A stretch of 63,888 nucleotides of DNA, the filler included, from Octopus bimaculoides (taxonomy: Eukaryota), in assembly GCF_001194135.2 (NCBI RefSeq). It is 5 parts of 5 records of this genome, joined end to end, with 100 filler letters (N's around TTAATTAATTAA, not from the genome) between each part and the next. Parts side by side here need not be neighbours in the genome. Positions count along the whole stretch, not along the records: positions 19,457 to 41,023 come from NC_068982.1; positions 41,124 to 59,507 come from NC_069001.1; 3 more parts are not named here. One strand, given 5' to 3'. Made by a program: the position numbers and the translations under genes. How positions within the stretch are numbered: position 1 is the stretch's first letter; every line of letters begins with the position of its first letter. The notes beneath the pieces are model-generated. The model was given only the letters and a program-made list of their open reading frames with translations, was not told where the DNA came from and ran no database searches. Below, piece after piece: positions 35,046 through 48,840 of the stretch.

Positions 35046-37300
35046 TTTCAAAAGTTATTGGCAGCTCGTGAACCATACTTTGGCCACTGTTGTAATAGTT
35101 TAATAGATTTTCATTTTCAATGTTTGTTGTTAAGCAAGATTTCTATTCCATCAGCCTTACAACTACCAGAAAAGAAGGTGGTGCTGGTGCTGGTGCTGGT
35201 GGTGCTGGTGCTGGTGCTGGTGGTGCTGCTGCAGCTGCTGATGATGGCAGTGGTGGTCGTTGTGGTGGAGACTAGAACATAGGTTATTAACACATAAAAG
35301 TATAGTTATATCTTTTTTCTTTGTGTTTCCTTCGACCATTCTGTCACAAACAATGACGACGACGACGATGATGATGATGATAATGATGATGAGGAAGAGG
35401 AGAAGGAGGAGAAAGAATAGGAGAATGAGGAGGATATCAAAGTTGATGATAATGAGAAAGGAGGAGGAAAATGAAGAAGTCAAAGAATGATGGAGGGATG
35501 TTGTTGTTGTCGTTGGTGGTGATGGTGATGGTGATAGTTATGGCAGTGGTGGTAGTAATGATAGTAGTAGCAGTGGCAGTGGGAGCAGTAGTAGCAGTGA
35601 TGCTGGTGGTGGTGGTGGTGGTGGTGGAGGTGGAGGATCAGTGTTCATTTATTATTTGTACCACCAAAAGCAAATAGCATTGCATTTCAATGATAAGGTA
35701 GGTGATGATGTACAAGTGATTGTGTGACTACACTGCATCTGCATTCACATGCACACACACACATGCACGTGCACATACGCACATATGCAGGTGCATGTGT
35801 GCATGTGCATACCAATCAGAGACATGCGTTGGCATGTGTTACACGGTGCAATTACATTAGAACAAGTTTAACTAGAGACATTTTTCAGTCTCAGCCACCT
35901 GAACATGCATCAGATACTGATATGAAAGAGAGGGAGAGGTGAAGAGAAAGAAAGAAAGAAAGAAAAATTATTAAACACAAATATGAAGATGGAAACATCT
36001 TCATGCTATCTACATAATTTGTTAATATGATATAAAAATGCAAAATTTTTCATGTTAGTTATAATATGGTGGCATCATCATCATGGTCGTTGTTGTTGTT
36101 GTCATTGTTGTCACAATCCTCATCATTGTCATCATCATCAACGCCATTGTCGTCGTTGTCATCATCATCATTATCGTCATCATCATCCATCATCAAAACT
36201 ATTATTGTAATAAAATCCTTTGTTTCTTTCTTTATCTTTCTTTTATCTGAAGATGATACTTGATTTGTCATATCTTCCATGATAATTAAACTGTATATCA
36301 GTGCAGTTCATTATGGAAGGTTTTTAACACTATTTATATACATACATACACACATGCAAGAATACATGCATGCATACACACATGCATACATACATTTATG
36401 TACATACATACATACGTACACACATGCATATATACATTCGTGCTGGTGGCATGTAAAAAGTACCATTCGAATGTTGGACCTCAAGGCGGCATTGACAGGT
36501 AACTGAGGCCTTTGGTGATATACTGTACTTGTGTAGACTTGTTAAGCCAAGTGAGACCATAGTTGTGACTGATGCTGATGTCACATAAATGATACATACA
36601 CACCTACAAACATACATACATACATACATACATGAGCTTTGTTCATTCTATGAGTCTATGAAACTTTAAGTTGCATGGAGCCAAGTCAAACTGTTATCAA
36701 ATAATATATATGTATTGCACACACACACACACACACACGATATTATATATATATATATATATANNNNNNNNNNNNNNNNNNNNNNNNNNNNNNNNNNNNN
36801 NNNNNNNNNNNNNNNNNNNNNNNNNNNNNNNNNNNNNNNNNNNNNNNNNNNNNNNNNNNNNNNNNNNNNNNNNNNNNNNNNNNNNNNNNNNNNNNNNNNN
36901 NNNNNNNNNNNNNNNNNNNNNNNNNNNNNNNNNNNNNNNNNNNNNNNNNNNNNNNNNNNNNNNNNNNNNNNNNNNNNNNNNNNNNNNNNNNNNNNNNNNN
37001 NNNNNNNNNNNNNNNNNNNNNNNNNNNNNNNNNNNNNNNNNNNNNNNNNNNNNNNNNNNNNNNNNNNNNNNNNNNNNNNNNNNNNNNNNNNNNNNNNNNN
37101 NNNNNNNNNNNNNNNNNNNNNNNNNNNNNNNNNNNNNNNNNNNNNNNNNNNNNNNNNNNNNNNNNNNNNNNNNNNNNNNNNNNNNNNNNNNNNNNNNNNN
37201 NNNNNNNNNNNNNNNNNNNNNNNNNNNNNNNNNNNNNNNNNNNNNNNNNNNNNNNNNNNNNNNNNNNNNNNNNNNNNNNNNNNNNNNNNNNNNNNNNNNN

Positions 37301-37346
<46 letters not shown>

Positions 37347-38171
37347 CATATACATACATGCATGCATACATACATACATACATACATACATACATACACA
37401 AATGTATGTATGTATGTATGTTTCTTCTTCTCCATAATCATCAGCATCATCATTATCATCATAAGTACTGATGCATTTCGGGGCTGTCATTGTTATAGTA
37501 TAGTCACCATTATCCCTGTTCTCATAATTATCACCATTGATAACAGCCACAGAAGCATCATTCCCATTAAAAGCAAAAATGCATTTATTCATATTTTTCC
37601 ATTAATGAATTCCATATGAACAGTCAGTATTGGACACCTCTATGTCTCTGAATGTGAAAAATTCTTCAGTAAAACAGTAGAATTCTCTGCCATATCTTGC
37701 CATTGTACATTCTATCTTTTTGGAAACTTCTAATTGTAACAGTTACCTTGTCTTTTATTATTACCTCTCATCTGTATGCAATGACTCCTTCTTTTAATAC
37801 TCATTTACTGATAATAGTCATCTTTGCCAAACAAATGATGAATCATTGCATGTTACCTCTCAAAAACATAAAATAAAGGGGAAAATCTTTATAATTCTTT
37901 AAAGTTTCTCCATATCTAACATTTCTAAAGTTAAATATAATTATTAGCAATTATCATTTCATAACTTAATAACTTTCAAACAGATTCCCCAAAAATTGTA
38001 TTTAGTCATTGATCTTCCCTTTCACATTATTTCTGACCTTAGAAAAGATTTTGCAACATTTGGTATTTTTGATATTAACCAATATATTGATAAAACATTT
38101 TATACTATCCTCCTGGCTAAACAACTTTCCTAAGACCTAATCTCACCTCAGTTACAATATGCATCCCTAAT

Positions 38172-38596
38172 CAGAGCCAGATTAACACCTATAGAGGCCC
38201 TAAGCACTTAAAAAGATTTGGGTACTCCCATCCAGTTGTAATTCAATATATAAACAATAATAAACCATAAAATGAATTTATAAATTTTTATTTTTCAAAA
38301 TGAAACAAAACTAACAGTATGATGAAAAATAATGTTTATTTTTAAATGTTTCCACTTAATTTATATTTGAAATGTTTTCTCCTACTTTTTTGTAATTTCA
38401 AAGTCTTTGATCAGATCCTCAAAATTAACCTTATGTAACACATCTGCTTAGTAGAGATAAGGCTTCCCAAATATTATTTCAGCAAATTTAATGTGATTTC
38501 TTTTGTGCCATAAATTACTTATCATTTTTGTGGTGCCCTCCTTCCCTTGATAACCCAAGCACGTGCTCATTTTGCTTAATGGTTAATCTAGCCCTG
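38172..38596. mobile_element. 425-bp MITE with an 8-bp TSD (hAT-like)
   Basis: TIRs CAGAGCCAGATTAAC / GTTAATCTAGCCCTG; TSD TCCCTAAT / CCCCTAAT. Confidence 0.75.
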
Positions 38597-39427
38597 CCCC
38601 TAATTTAGTGTTAAAACTTGGTACAAAGTTTTTTCTATCCCCTTCATAGTTTTAGCTTAGCCCCATGTATAAAGTCATATTAGTTTTTTCAGTTAAAACC
38701 AAGTACTGTAGTGTAAGAATAATGTATTTTGATTATGGACAAACAGAGGTCTGTATGAAGTTCCAAATGCAAAATATTTAATATCATTAGCGTTGTTGTG
38801 ATGAATGACAGATATTTGGTATCTAAGCCAGGTTCATGTGAGATATATGTCAGTAATGATGGTATCCATTGTTGAGTGGACTGAAATCAACAGTAGTGGT
38901 GGCAGTGCAATTTGTATCCAAAGTTCTACAGTATAAGTTCTTAAACCATTGGTCTTGGCTGAACTGTGACAATTGACAGGTTAGTGGGTGTACCATCTAT
39001 ATATAGCTAATGTTTGTCGAAGAAAAGGTGCCAAAGATAAAGTTGTTAATGAGATTTCAATATACTGTTTATCATAGTTGGCATCAAATGAGTTGAACAT
39101 CTGCAAAGTTGATAGTATTTTTTTGCTGATCAACTACCTTCTATTAAAAACACAATGCTAATGTGTTTATCTGACTTGAATGGGTTAACCACTTGTTGAC
39201 ATCATTAATCCCTGACAAAAAAAAAAAAAATTGTGTTATTTAGTTTATTTTTACATTTGAACAGTGAAGAGGGTTTCATTCCTAGGCAATAAGTTGGTGT
39301 TTGAACTCTGCCGATATTTCTGCAACACCTCCATCTTTGTACACACAAACATAAACACAAGATTGCATTGGAAGTTTTTGCTTTAAATTCAAAGAATAAG
39401 AAAACAAACTGAGTTCATAGATACATA

Positions 39428-39581
39428 TACATCATCATCATCATCATCATCGTTTAACGTCCGCTTTCCATGCTAGCATGGGTTGGACGATTTGACTGAG
39501 GACTGGTGAAACCGGATGGCAACACCAGGCTCCAGTCTAATTTGGCAGAGTTTCTACAGCTGGATGCCCTTCCTAACGCCA
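39428..39581 (-). mobile_element. Family C 3' tail, young copy
   Basis: (CAT)n CGTTTAACGTCCGCTTTCCATGCTAGCATGGG..GGATGCCCTTCCTAACGCC. Confidence 0.9.
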
Positions 39582-39858
39582 TAATCTATTGTCAGAGATC
39601 ATGAAGTGTTATTATTTCAGTACAGCCAAAGTCACAAGTTATTCCATATTCAACAAGAATATCGAAACATCATCATCCTCAAATTTTTTGAATTTCTTTT
39701 CTCCATGATATTTTTTCCAATTTGGAAAAAATTCTAGCTGTATTAGTGCTGCATCAGGTTAATATGCCTGGTGGCATAGCTGTCAAAACCTTGTGTCTCA
39801 AGGCAAACATGATGGTCGAAGCTGGGCTTTCTACCTCATGACCTGGCCATATGTTCTA

Positions 39859-40073
39859 TATGAAGGGGTGCTGAAAGTTTCCTGGCTTTTGGTATTTGAA
39901 AATATAGGAGGACCAGTAAATTATGATTTTATTCAAAATATTCCCCTCTCAGATTTACGTATTGCAGTGGTCCTCCAGTTTTTTTAAGCCCTGTAAAAGA
40001 ACTTGAATGATGGGCCTCCAGCCAGGCTTTTCATGATACCCTTAAATCCATGAACTTTACAGCACCCCTCATA
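39859..40073. mobile_element. About 215-bp mariner-type MITE
   Basis: TIRs TATGAAGGGGTGCTGAAAGTTTCCTGG / CCATGAACTTTACAGCACCCCTCATA with TA ends; partial second copy at about 54205-54302. Confidence 0.8.
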
Positions 40074-40094
40074 AATTGGTGAAGAAACAACTGC

Positions 40095-40290
40095 ATGTTG
40101 TGCAGAAGTTCTACTGATAGGGGTTGCATTCTGTCATAGACTGTTAGCGTAGATGATGAGATCATCACAAGGTTAGGGAAAGCAGTTTATGCTTTGTCAT
40201 GAGAAGACAGCACTGCATGCAGATCATGAAGCCCACTTTAGCATTAAGTTCAGTGTACAATGGAAAGTTGTTCAAACTTCTGCAGTGTAC
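40095..40290 (+). pseudogene. Highly decayed RTE-type reverse transcriptase fragment
   Basis: SVDDEIITRLGKA resembles the RTE DxEIxxRIxKA block; many stops. Confidence 0.45.
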
Positions 40291-40611
40291 AGCAATCACT
40301 ATGTATAACTACTGCAGCATATAACAGAGTATAATAGTGTGTATGTGTATTCCTGTACTACCACAGGTGTATATGATTCACTGTGTATAACAGCTCCAAT
40401 GTTTTGCAATGTACTGAAATGTATAGCAATCACTATGTATAACTGCTGCATTGTATAACAGTGTATAACGACCATGGTGAAGAGGAATCATTGTGTATAA
40501 CAGCTCCAATGTAAAGCAGTAAACTGAAGCATACAACAACCACTGTGAGTGTGTTTACATTTAGCACAGTACTCTAAACATCTGAAAAACTCAACCAATT
40601 TCACCAATGTT

Positions 40612-41023
40612 CATCATCATCATCATTTAATGTCCACTGTCCATGCTGGCATAGGTTGGATGGTTTGACTGGGCTGGTATGCTGGAAGGCTGCACCAGAC
40701 TCCAGTCTGATTTAGCATGATTTTCTATGGCTGGATGCCCTTCCTAATGCCAACCACTCCAAGAGTGCAATGGGTGTTTTTACATGCCACCGGTGCAGGT
40801 GCCATTTGCATGACACTGGGGTGCTTTTACATGTCACCAGCATGGGAGCCAATTTGTGTGACATTGGTATCTGCCATGACTGCGATTTTGCTTGGCTTGA
40901 TGGGTCTTCTTCTCAAGTAAAACATAATGCCAAAGGTCTCGGTCATTGCCTCTGTGAGGCCCAACACTCAAAAGGAACTCAGCCACTTTGCCTTCATGAT
41001 GCCCAATGCTCGAAAGGTGTTTC
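40612..41023 (-). mobile_element. Family C element
   Basis: Tail and body motifs as in other copies. Confidence 0.85.
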
Positions 41024-41123
41024 NNNNNNNNNNNNNNNNNNNNNNNNNNNNNNNNNNNNNNNNNNNNTTAATTAATTAANNNNNNNNNNNNNNNNNNNNN
41101 NNNNNNNNNNNNNNNNNNNNNNN
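41024..41123. other. Artificial join N44-TTAATTAATTAA-N44
   Basis: Direct reading. Confidence 0.95.
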
Positions 41124-41142
41124 ATATATATATATATATATA

Positions 41143-41306
41143 CGACGGGCTTCTTTCAGTTTCCGTCTACCAAATCCACTCACAAGGCTTTGGTCAGCCC
41201 GAGGCTATAGTAGAAGACACTTGGCCAAGGTGCCATGCAGTGGGCCTGAACCCGGAACCATGTGGCTGGAAAGCAAGCTACTTACCACACAGCCACTCCT
41301 GCGCCT
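41143..41306 (-). mobile_element. SINE family A, 5' half, young (CpGs retained)
   Basis: ACGACGGGCTTCTTTCAGTTTCCGTCTACC..CTTACCACACAGCCACTCCTGCGCC. Confidence 0.9.
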
Positions 41307-41329
41307 ATTTAAAATAAATACTTAAATTT

Positions 41330-41540
41330 AAATATTGGCTTCAAATTCTGGCAAAAGAACAGCAAATTCAGAGGAAGGGGTAATGTGATTACATCAACCC
41401 CAGTGTTCAACTGGTACTTATTCTATCAACCCCCAAATGATGAAAGGTTAAGGTGACCTTGGTGGTATTTGAACTCAGAATGTAAAGTCGGAAGAAATGT
41501 CGCTGAGCATTTTTTCCTACAATGGTAATGATTCTGTAAA
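41330..41540 (-). mobile_element. SINE family B, degenerate
   Basis: CAACTGGTACTTATTCTATCAACCCC..TGAAAGG..TTTGAACTCAGAATG. Confidence 0.7.
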
Positions 41541-41749
41541 GTTTGATGTATCAGGTTGTGATGGAACCTCATGGATGAGAATTTACATTAACACACATTG
41601 GAAGCATGAAACAGAAATCAAATACCAGGGAACACTTAAAATTGTTTAAGATAAACAATTACATGGTATTTCACTCAACAGGTAAATCCTGAGTACATTC
41701 ATGCATACATACGTACATACATACATACATACATGCATACATGCATGCA

Positions 41750-41820
<71 letters not shown>

Positions 41821-42147
41821 AGTCCCTCTAAGCGTGAGGCATTATTGTATAGTAATGCCCTTATATAAATTAAATTATATATATTCATGNNNNNNNNNNN
41901 NNNNNNNNNNNNNNNNNNNNNNNNNNNNNNNNNNNNNNNNNNNNNNNNNNNNNNNNNNNNNNNNNNNNNNNNNNNNNNNNNNNNNNNNNNNNNNNNNNNN
42001 NNNNNNNNNNNNNNNNNNNNNNNNNNNNNNNNNNNNNNNNNNNNNNNNNNNNNNNNNNNNNNNNNNNNNNNNNNNNNNNNNNNNNNNNNNNNNNNNNNNN
42101 NNNNNNNNNNNNNNNNNNNNNNNNNNNNNNNNNNNNNNNNNNNNNNT

Positions 42148-42302
42148 AGGTGCAGGTGTGTGGTAAGAAGCTTGCTTTCCAACCACATGGTTCCAGGTTC
42201 AGTCCCACTGCGTAGTACCTTCAGTAAGTATCTCCTACTGTAGCCTTAGTCCAACCAAAGCCTTGTGAGTAAATTTGGTAGACGGAAACTGAAAGAAGCT
42301 CG

Positions 42303-42348
<46 letters not shown>

Positions 42349-42530
42349 ATGTCTTTGTACCCCTCCCCCTTCCTTCATCACCATTTGACAACCAGTGTTT
42401 GTGTGTTTACGGAATAAGTACTGGGCCTTAAAACCAAAATAAGTCCTGAAGTTGATTTGTTTCACGAAAACACTTCAAAGCTGTGCTCCAGCATGGCCGT
42501 AGTCAAATGACTGAAACAAATAAAATTAAA
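42148..42530 (+). mobile_element. SINE family A
   Basis: Head GTGTGTGGTAAGAAGCTTGC, tail AATGACTGAAACAAATAAAA. Confidence 0.85.
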
Positions 42531-45460
42531 AGATATACATACACGCACACACACACTGTATTTGCCAGTGTATAAGACACACTAATATACGCTCATGTAA
42601 AATACAACCCAATTTTATAAAGATATATCAGTGGAAAAGAAGACAAATGTTATACACTCAGTGAAAGATATTTTTAAGTGGTTTTGTAGGATGAAAATAT
42701 ATGTTTCTGCACATGTAACTACAATATTGTCAAAGTATTCTGGAATAAAGTATAACACCTTAAATTTATCATAAATAAATTAGATTATAGTTGTAGTACA
42801 TCTCAACATTATCTTTCAGGTGAATTGTGTACTTGTATATTGGTCAAGAAAATTGCCATACAGGATGTGAAACTTGTATGTAGCTGCGATGGACCCTATG
42901 GAGGAGGTGCCTCGTGTCTCTACCTCCACAACCATCCCAGAAATAGTGGGCGGAGAAAATGGATGGATGGATGGATCAGAAACAATATTTAAATATTCAT
43001 TTTTAAAATTAGGTAAAAAAACAAAAAAAACAGAAGAAATTGTAAAGAAATTCTCACCTGGTTGTCTACTTTTTATAAGTTTCTTAATTCCAAATGGTAA
43101 AGTATTTAATCTATGCTTATGGGGAGATAAATTACCACTCCTCGCTCCACAGCATAAAAAACAATTTGCCACAGATATATCCAATAAAGGTTTGTTATTT
43201 CCCATGATGCAATGCAGTTTTGTTTTTGTTTCACAGATTTTTTTCAAACAGGAATGTCTTTAAAAATAGCTACCAAAGTCTCACAGAAGGACTGAGTGAA
43301 AATGGAATAATTTTTCTGGCATATTTTCGTGTAATATTTCATCCATTTCTTGTAATCAATTATAAAGCAACTATGTTATAAAGTAGGCTTTTTTTATAAA
43401 GAAATTCTATAGAAAAACTGAACTATAAAGTAGTCTAGAAGCACAGTAGCTATATCAAAAACTAAGTATTTATAAAGAAGCTGTACTACAAAGTTCTACA
43501 ATAATCTAGTTATATGATGAAGTTATATTATGAAAAAGCTCTATAGAGAAGCTGTGTTATACAGTACAGTAGCAATATTATAAAGTAGCTACACTGTAAA
43601 GTTATTGTGCTATATAAAGACTATATATAGAGTAGTTATAACATAAAGCAGTGATATTATGAAGAAGCTATTATATAAAGTTGCTCTATTACTAAGTAGA
43701 TTTATCATAAAGATGCTATCCAAGTTAATAATTAAATTTTGCTGATATAGAGGAATGATATTGCAAATTTTTTTTTAAATCAATAAAGAATTATAATAAA
43801 TATGTAAATAAATATATTAAATTAATTTATAAGATATTAATAACAATGAAAAAAATTTAATATTTAACAAACGTTTAATGGTAAAAATGTTTTATCGTTG
43901 TTTTTTTTTTTTCCTTTCATGCCCTTTTCTAATATTTGAATTGTATTTTTAATAAAATTCCTTCATTTACTGATTATCCAACAAATAAGTCACACAATTT
44001 TCTGTCTGGCATTCACAGAAATATTGAAATGGAATAGAATATAAATTAACAGCAACAGTTCTAGACAAACTATATTAATAATTTTCTCAAAATTTATATC
44101 CAAGAACGACCTTCTAGCTTGATTAGATTAAAAATAATCAGAAAGACAATATCTTTGTTTACATTCTCCTCCTCTGTTTTGAATAAAACAAATAATAAAA
44201 CGTTTACGTCGTTAAAATTTTAATTCAGTTATTTCAATTAATTAAGAGGATCGATATAGCTTTGTTATGCCTCATTATATAATTCTTGTGGAAGGATATA
44301 AGAAATAGGGGGGATGGAAAAACAAAACGAGAGAAAAAAAACGCTTTTTTCCTACACCTTAATTTGAGGAAATTCAAAGACGTTTTGGTTTTAAGTATTG
44401 TACCGGGAATTCCAAAACGTAATACAGCTTTAATTATAATAATAATAACAATAATAACAATAACAATAATAATAACAATAATAATGATAAAAATAATGGT
44501 GATAATAATAATAATAGTTATTTGGTATAAGAGTGGTGTATGCTATCAACGTTAGTTCTTCATTTAAAATGGTATATTTCCACTCTTAAATCATTAAAAA
44601 GAAAACATTTATAAATATAATAAGTCAGCTAAATGTCAAGAGAATTGTAGTTTAATCAATGTAAAATCAATATACTGTATATGTGCAATATATATATATA
44701 TTATACTCAAGTATATATATGTGTGTGCGTGTATATATATATGTATGTATAGAGATGTATGTATGTGGGTGGGCTGAATGTAACACGTATTACATGCTGA
44801 GGTATTTTGCGTTTGGTCAACTTTTTCAACAAATACGTTTCTTCTTTTTGGCCCATATTTCTACAGAAAAATTCCACAACGGTAACACCGAAAGGGAATG
44901 ATGTTCTTTGTCCCTCCTCCTCTTGTCTTTAAGTAAACTGCTTCCTTTTCAGACAAATACAAAGAACCATCATTAACTTTTTCGAAAAACCAATGCCAAT
45001 TTGTAATTTGCAGGATCCGAGATATAAAAAGTTTTATAATAATAATAATAATAATAATAATATAGATCGACGTGGAAACGAAAGCGAGGAAAAATGAGGA
45101 TAAGATTGCAAGTATACGAGATATTTTTTTCTTCTTCTTCTTCTTCTCCTTCTTCTTCTTCTTTATCTGACCCTGTACATACAGACACCAACACACACAT
45201 ATGTAGACACAGAGACATCACTCAGACACCTTTTCTATGGACTCTGCAGTTCTATGAACTGCAACAAGGTGGTCAGTCGACAATAATATAAACAGCGCTA
45301 TCGTCACTGCAACACCTACTTATGAGTCGGGCCTCACATTACAACAAATGCTGCGAATATCTAAATATTTAGAATCTGATTGTATTATGATGGGTGTGGG
45401 TGTGTGTGTATGTGTGTGTGGGTGTGTGTATGTGTGTGTGGGTGTGTGTGCGTGCATGCA

Positions 45461-45491
<31 letters not shown>

Positions 45492-46214
45492 AAGATCAAT
45501 GTAAAGAAGAAATATTTCATTCACTGATTGAGTGAGTGACAGCTTGAGTTGAGTGATATTATTCTCGAGTGGAGTGAAGATGGAAGTTAGCTAAGAGTGA
45601 AGTGAAAACAGAGTTTGCGGTGGCATTATGAAACCGAAATGAAGAAGAAGAAGAAGAGGAGGAGGAAGAAGGAGAAGAAGAAGACATGAGAAATAAATAG
45701 ACAAAAATAAAACAAAAATACAAAAACAAAAAATTTTTAATTCCAGTCATTTGGAGAAAGAAAAACAAAACAAAAATAACAAAAACCAATAACGAAAAGA
45801 CGACAAGAAAAAAAATAAGCCAAGAAAAGTGAAGGAAGGAAGGGAGAAAGGAATAAAGGAAGGAAGGAAGAAAAGAAGGAAGGTTGTTGTGTAAAAGTCA
45901 AGTGAACACTTAGGAGTTTTGTAAACAACACTTGTTTTCTATCTCTAAACTGAATGGTATTTAAAATTTCGATGATTAACCTTTTGGCATGACNNNNNNN
46001 NNNNNNNNNNNNNNNNNNNNNNNNNNNNNNNNNNNNNNNNNNNNNNNNNNNNNNNNNNNNNNNNNNNNNNNNNNNNNNNNNNNNNNNNNNNNNNNNNNNN
46101 NNNNNNNNNNNNNNNNNNNNNNNNNCCCCCCCCCCGCCCCTGATGATCAGATGATGTCTCTGTTGTTGTTGCTGCTGCTGTCGATGTTGTTTTAATTGTT
46201 AGGCGGTGGTGGTG

Positions 46215-46430
46215 GTGTCGCGTATAGCCTGCCCAGGACACAACATTGGTTGAGAGCAAGGCCTATGATCGAAGACATTCCAGTTATGGCCATCCCAAGT
46301 ATTTTTTTTTTATATTCGCTGTTTCTACAACTACACTTGTATCACATCTGTCCCTCTTGCTTTAAGCAGTCACGGGTGCAGCTTTAGGGAGAATCGGCTG
46401 CTATATCCAACAAGTCAAACAACCACAGTC
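46215..46430 (-). mobile_element. Dispersed repeat family E
   Basis: Minus: GGATATAGCAGCCGATTCTCCC..GGGATGGCCATAACTGGAATGTCTTCGATCATAGG. Confidence 0.6.
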
Positions 46431-46652
46431 TCATAATATGTATACAGTAGCAGTAGTAGTAGTAGTATGAGAGAGATTTGGCTGCTATTTCTAGCAAGTT
46501 GAACAGCCACAGACTTAAAACATCTATACAACAGCAGCAGCAGCAGTAGTAGTAATAGTAGCAGCAGCAGCAATTTCAGAGAGATTTGGCTGCTATTTTC
46601 AGCAAATTGAACAATCCAGTCTTACAACATTTATACAGTCATAAAAGTAGTG

Positions 46653-46698
<46 letters not shown>

Positions 46699-46975
46699 CT
46701 GCAATTTGAGGGAGTTTGGCTGCTATTTCCAGCAAGTCGAACAAGAGTCTCACATCATCACAGCAGCAGTAGTAGTAGTCGTAGTAGCTGCAATTTGAGG
46801 GAGTTTGGCTGCTATTTCCAGCAAGTCGAACAAGAATCTCACATCATCACAGCAGCAGTAGTAGTAGTCGTAGTAGCTGCAATTTGAGGGAGTTTGGCTG
46901 CTATTTCCAGCAAGTCGAACAAGAATCTCACATCATCACAGCAGTAGTAGTAGTAGTAGTAGCAGCAGCAGCAGT
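46388..46975. repeat. Tandem array: six copies of GGCTGCTATTTCCAGCAAGTCGAAC separated by (AGT/AGC)n; last three on an 89-bp period
   Basis: Unit starts near 46388, 46471, 46579, 46708, 46797, 46886. Confidence 0.9.
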
Positions 46976-47160
46976 TCTGACACTTCAACTGGTGGGGTGG
47001 GGGCTGGTTTTCAAATTTGATAATAAAAAAAAAAGTTAAGAACCATCTGGAAGAACATCTGTCACACAGAAATTACTCATCTGGAGTAACATCTGGTACT
47101 CACAAATTGTTATTATCTTCTTTATCTATTTCTCTTTTATTTTTCTGTAACAGAAATTGA

Positions 47161-47215
<55 letters not shown>

Positions 47216-48349
47216 NNNNNNNNNNNNNNNNNNNNNNNNNNNNNNNNNNNNNNNNNNNNNNNNNNNNNNNNNNNNNNNNNNNNNNNNNNNNNNNNNNNNN
47301 NNNNNNNNNNNNNNNNNNNNNNNNNNNNNNNNNNNNNNNNNNNNNNNNNNNNNNNNNNNNNNNNNNNNNNNNNNNNNNNNNNNNNNNNNNNNNNNNNNNN
47401 NNNNNNNNNNNNNNNNNNNNNNNNNNNNNNNNNNNNNNNNNNNNNNNNNNNNNNNNNNNNNNNNNNNNNNNNNNNNNNNNNNNNNNNNNNNNNNNNNNNN
47501 NNNNNNNNNNNNNNNNNNNNNNNNNNNNNNNNNNNNNNNNNNNNNNNNNNNNNNNNNNNNNNNNNNNNNNNNNNNNNNNNNNNNNNNNNNNNNNNNNNNN
47601 NNNNNNNNNNNNNNNNNNNNNNNNNNNNNNNNNNNNNNNNNNNNNNNNNNNNNNNNNNNNNNNNNNNNNNNNNNNNNNNNNNNNNNNNNNNNNNNNNNNN
47701 NNNNNNNNNNNNNNNNNNNNNNNNNNNNNNNNNNNNNNNNNNNNNNNNNNNNNNNNNNNNNNNNNNNNNNNNNNNNNNNNNNNNNNNNNNNNNNNNNNNN
47801 NNNNNNNNNNNNNNNNNNNNNNNNNNNNNNNNNNNNNNNNNNNNNNNNNNNNNNNNNNNNNNNNNNNNNNNNNNNNNNNNNNNNNNNNNNNNNNNNNNNN
47901 NNNNNNNNNNNNNNNNNNNNNNNNNNNNNNNNNNNNNNNNNNNNNNNNNNNNNNNNNNNNNNNNNNNNNNNNNNNNNNNNNNNNNNNNNNNNNNNNNNNN
48001 NNNNNNNNNNNNNNNNNNNNNNNNNNNNNNNNNNNNNNNNNNNNNNNNNNNNNNNNNNNNNNNNNNNNNNNNNNNNNNNNNNNNNNNNNNNNNNNNNNNN
48101 NNNNNNNNNNNNNNNNNNNNNNNNNNNNNNNNNNNNNNNNNNNNNNNNNNNNNNNNNNNNNNNNNNNNNNNNNTATATATGTAAAAATATATATATATAT
48201 ATATTTAAAAATATATATATATATATATATGTAAAAATATATATATATATATATTTAAAAATATATATATATATACTAAAAAATAAGATAAATATATACT
48301 AAAATAAGATAAATATTTATAGGAAAGAAAATTAATGCACATATTGAGC

Positions 48350-48840
48350 AGGGGTCAATGAACTAAGTACCAGTTGAATACTGGGGTTGATGTAACTGAC
48401 TTAGTCCCTCCCCTAAAATTGCTGGCTGTGTGCCAAAATTTGGAATCATTATTACTAGTATTACCACTATGTTCTGAGTTCAAATTCTACCCAGGTCGAC
48501 TTTGCCTTTCATCCTTCTGGGATCGATACATTAAGTACCAGCTGAGTACTGGGGTCAACGTAATTGATTATCCCCCTCCCACAAATTTCAGGCCTTGTGC
48601 CTAAAGTAGAAAGGATTATTTTTATTATTAATGCAATGAGCTGGCAGAACCATTTACATGCTGAGCAAAATACTTAGTGACATTTCATCCACCTTTATGT
48701 TCCGAGTTCAAATTCTGCCGAAGTCAACTTTGCCTTTCATCCTTTCGGGGTCAATAAAATAAGTACCAGTTGAACACTGGGGTCGATGTAATTGACTTGC
48801 CCCTTCTCCCCCAAATTTTAGCCCTTGTGCCTTTAATAGA
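48350..48840 (+). mobile_element. Three stacked SINE family B copies or fragments
   Basis: Repeated GGGGTC.AT..A.TAAGTACCAG..CACTGGGGT.GATGTAA; full head GAGCTGGCAGAACC at about 48638. Confidence 0.85.

Noticed and set aside
42816-43247. 143-aa minus-strand ORF
   Set aside because: No recognisable domain and no supporting exon structure; chance ORF in AT-rich DNA.
7478-46150. Other CTGATGA heptamers (about 7478, 24345 minus, 26007, 26157, 32218, 46140)
   Set aside because: None has stem II followed by GAAA and a closing stem I.
46388-46975. CRISPR-like repeat-spacer appearance
   Set aside because: Spacers are simple trinucleotide tracts and partly identical, there are no cas genes, and the context is eukaryotic.
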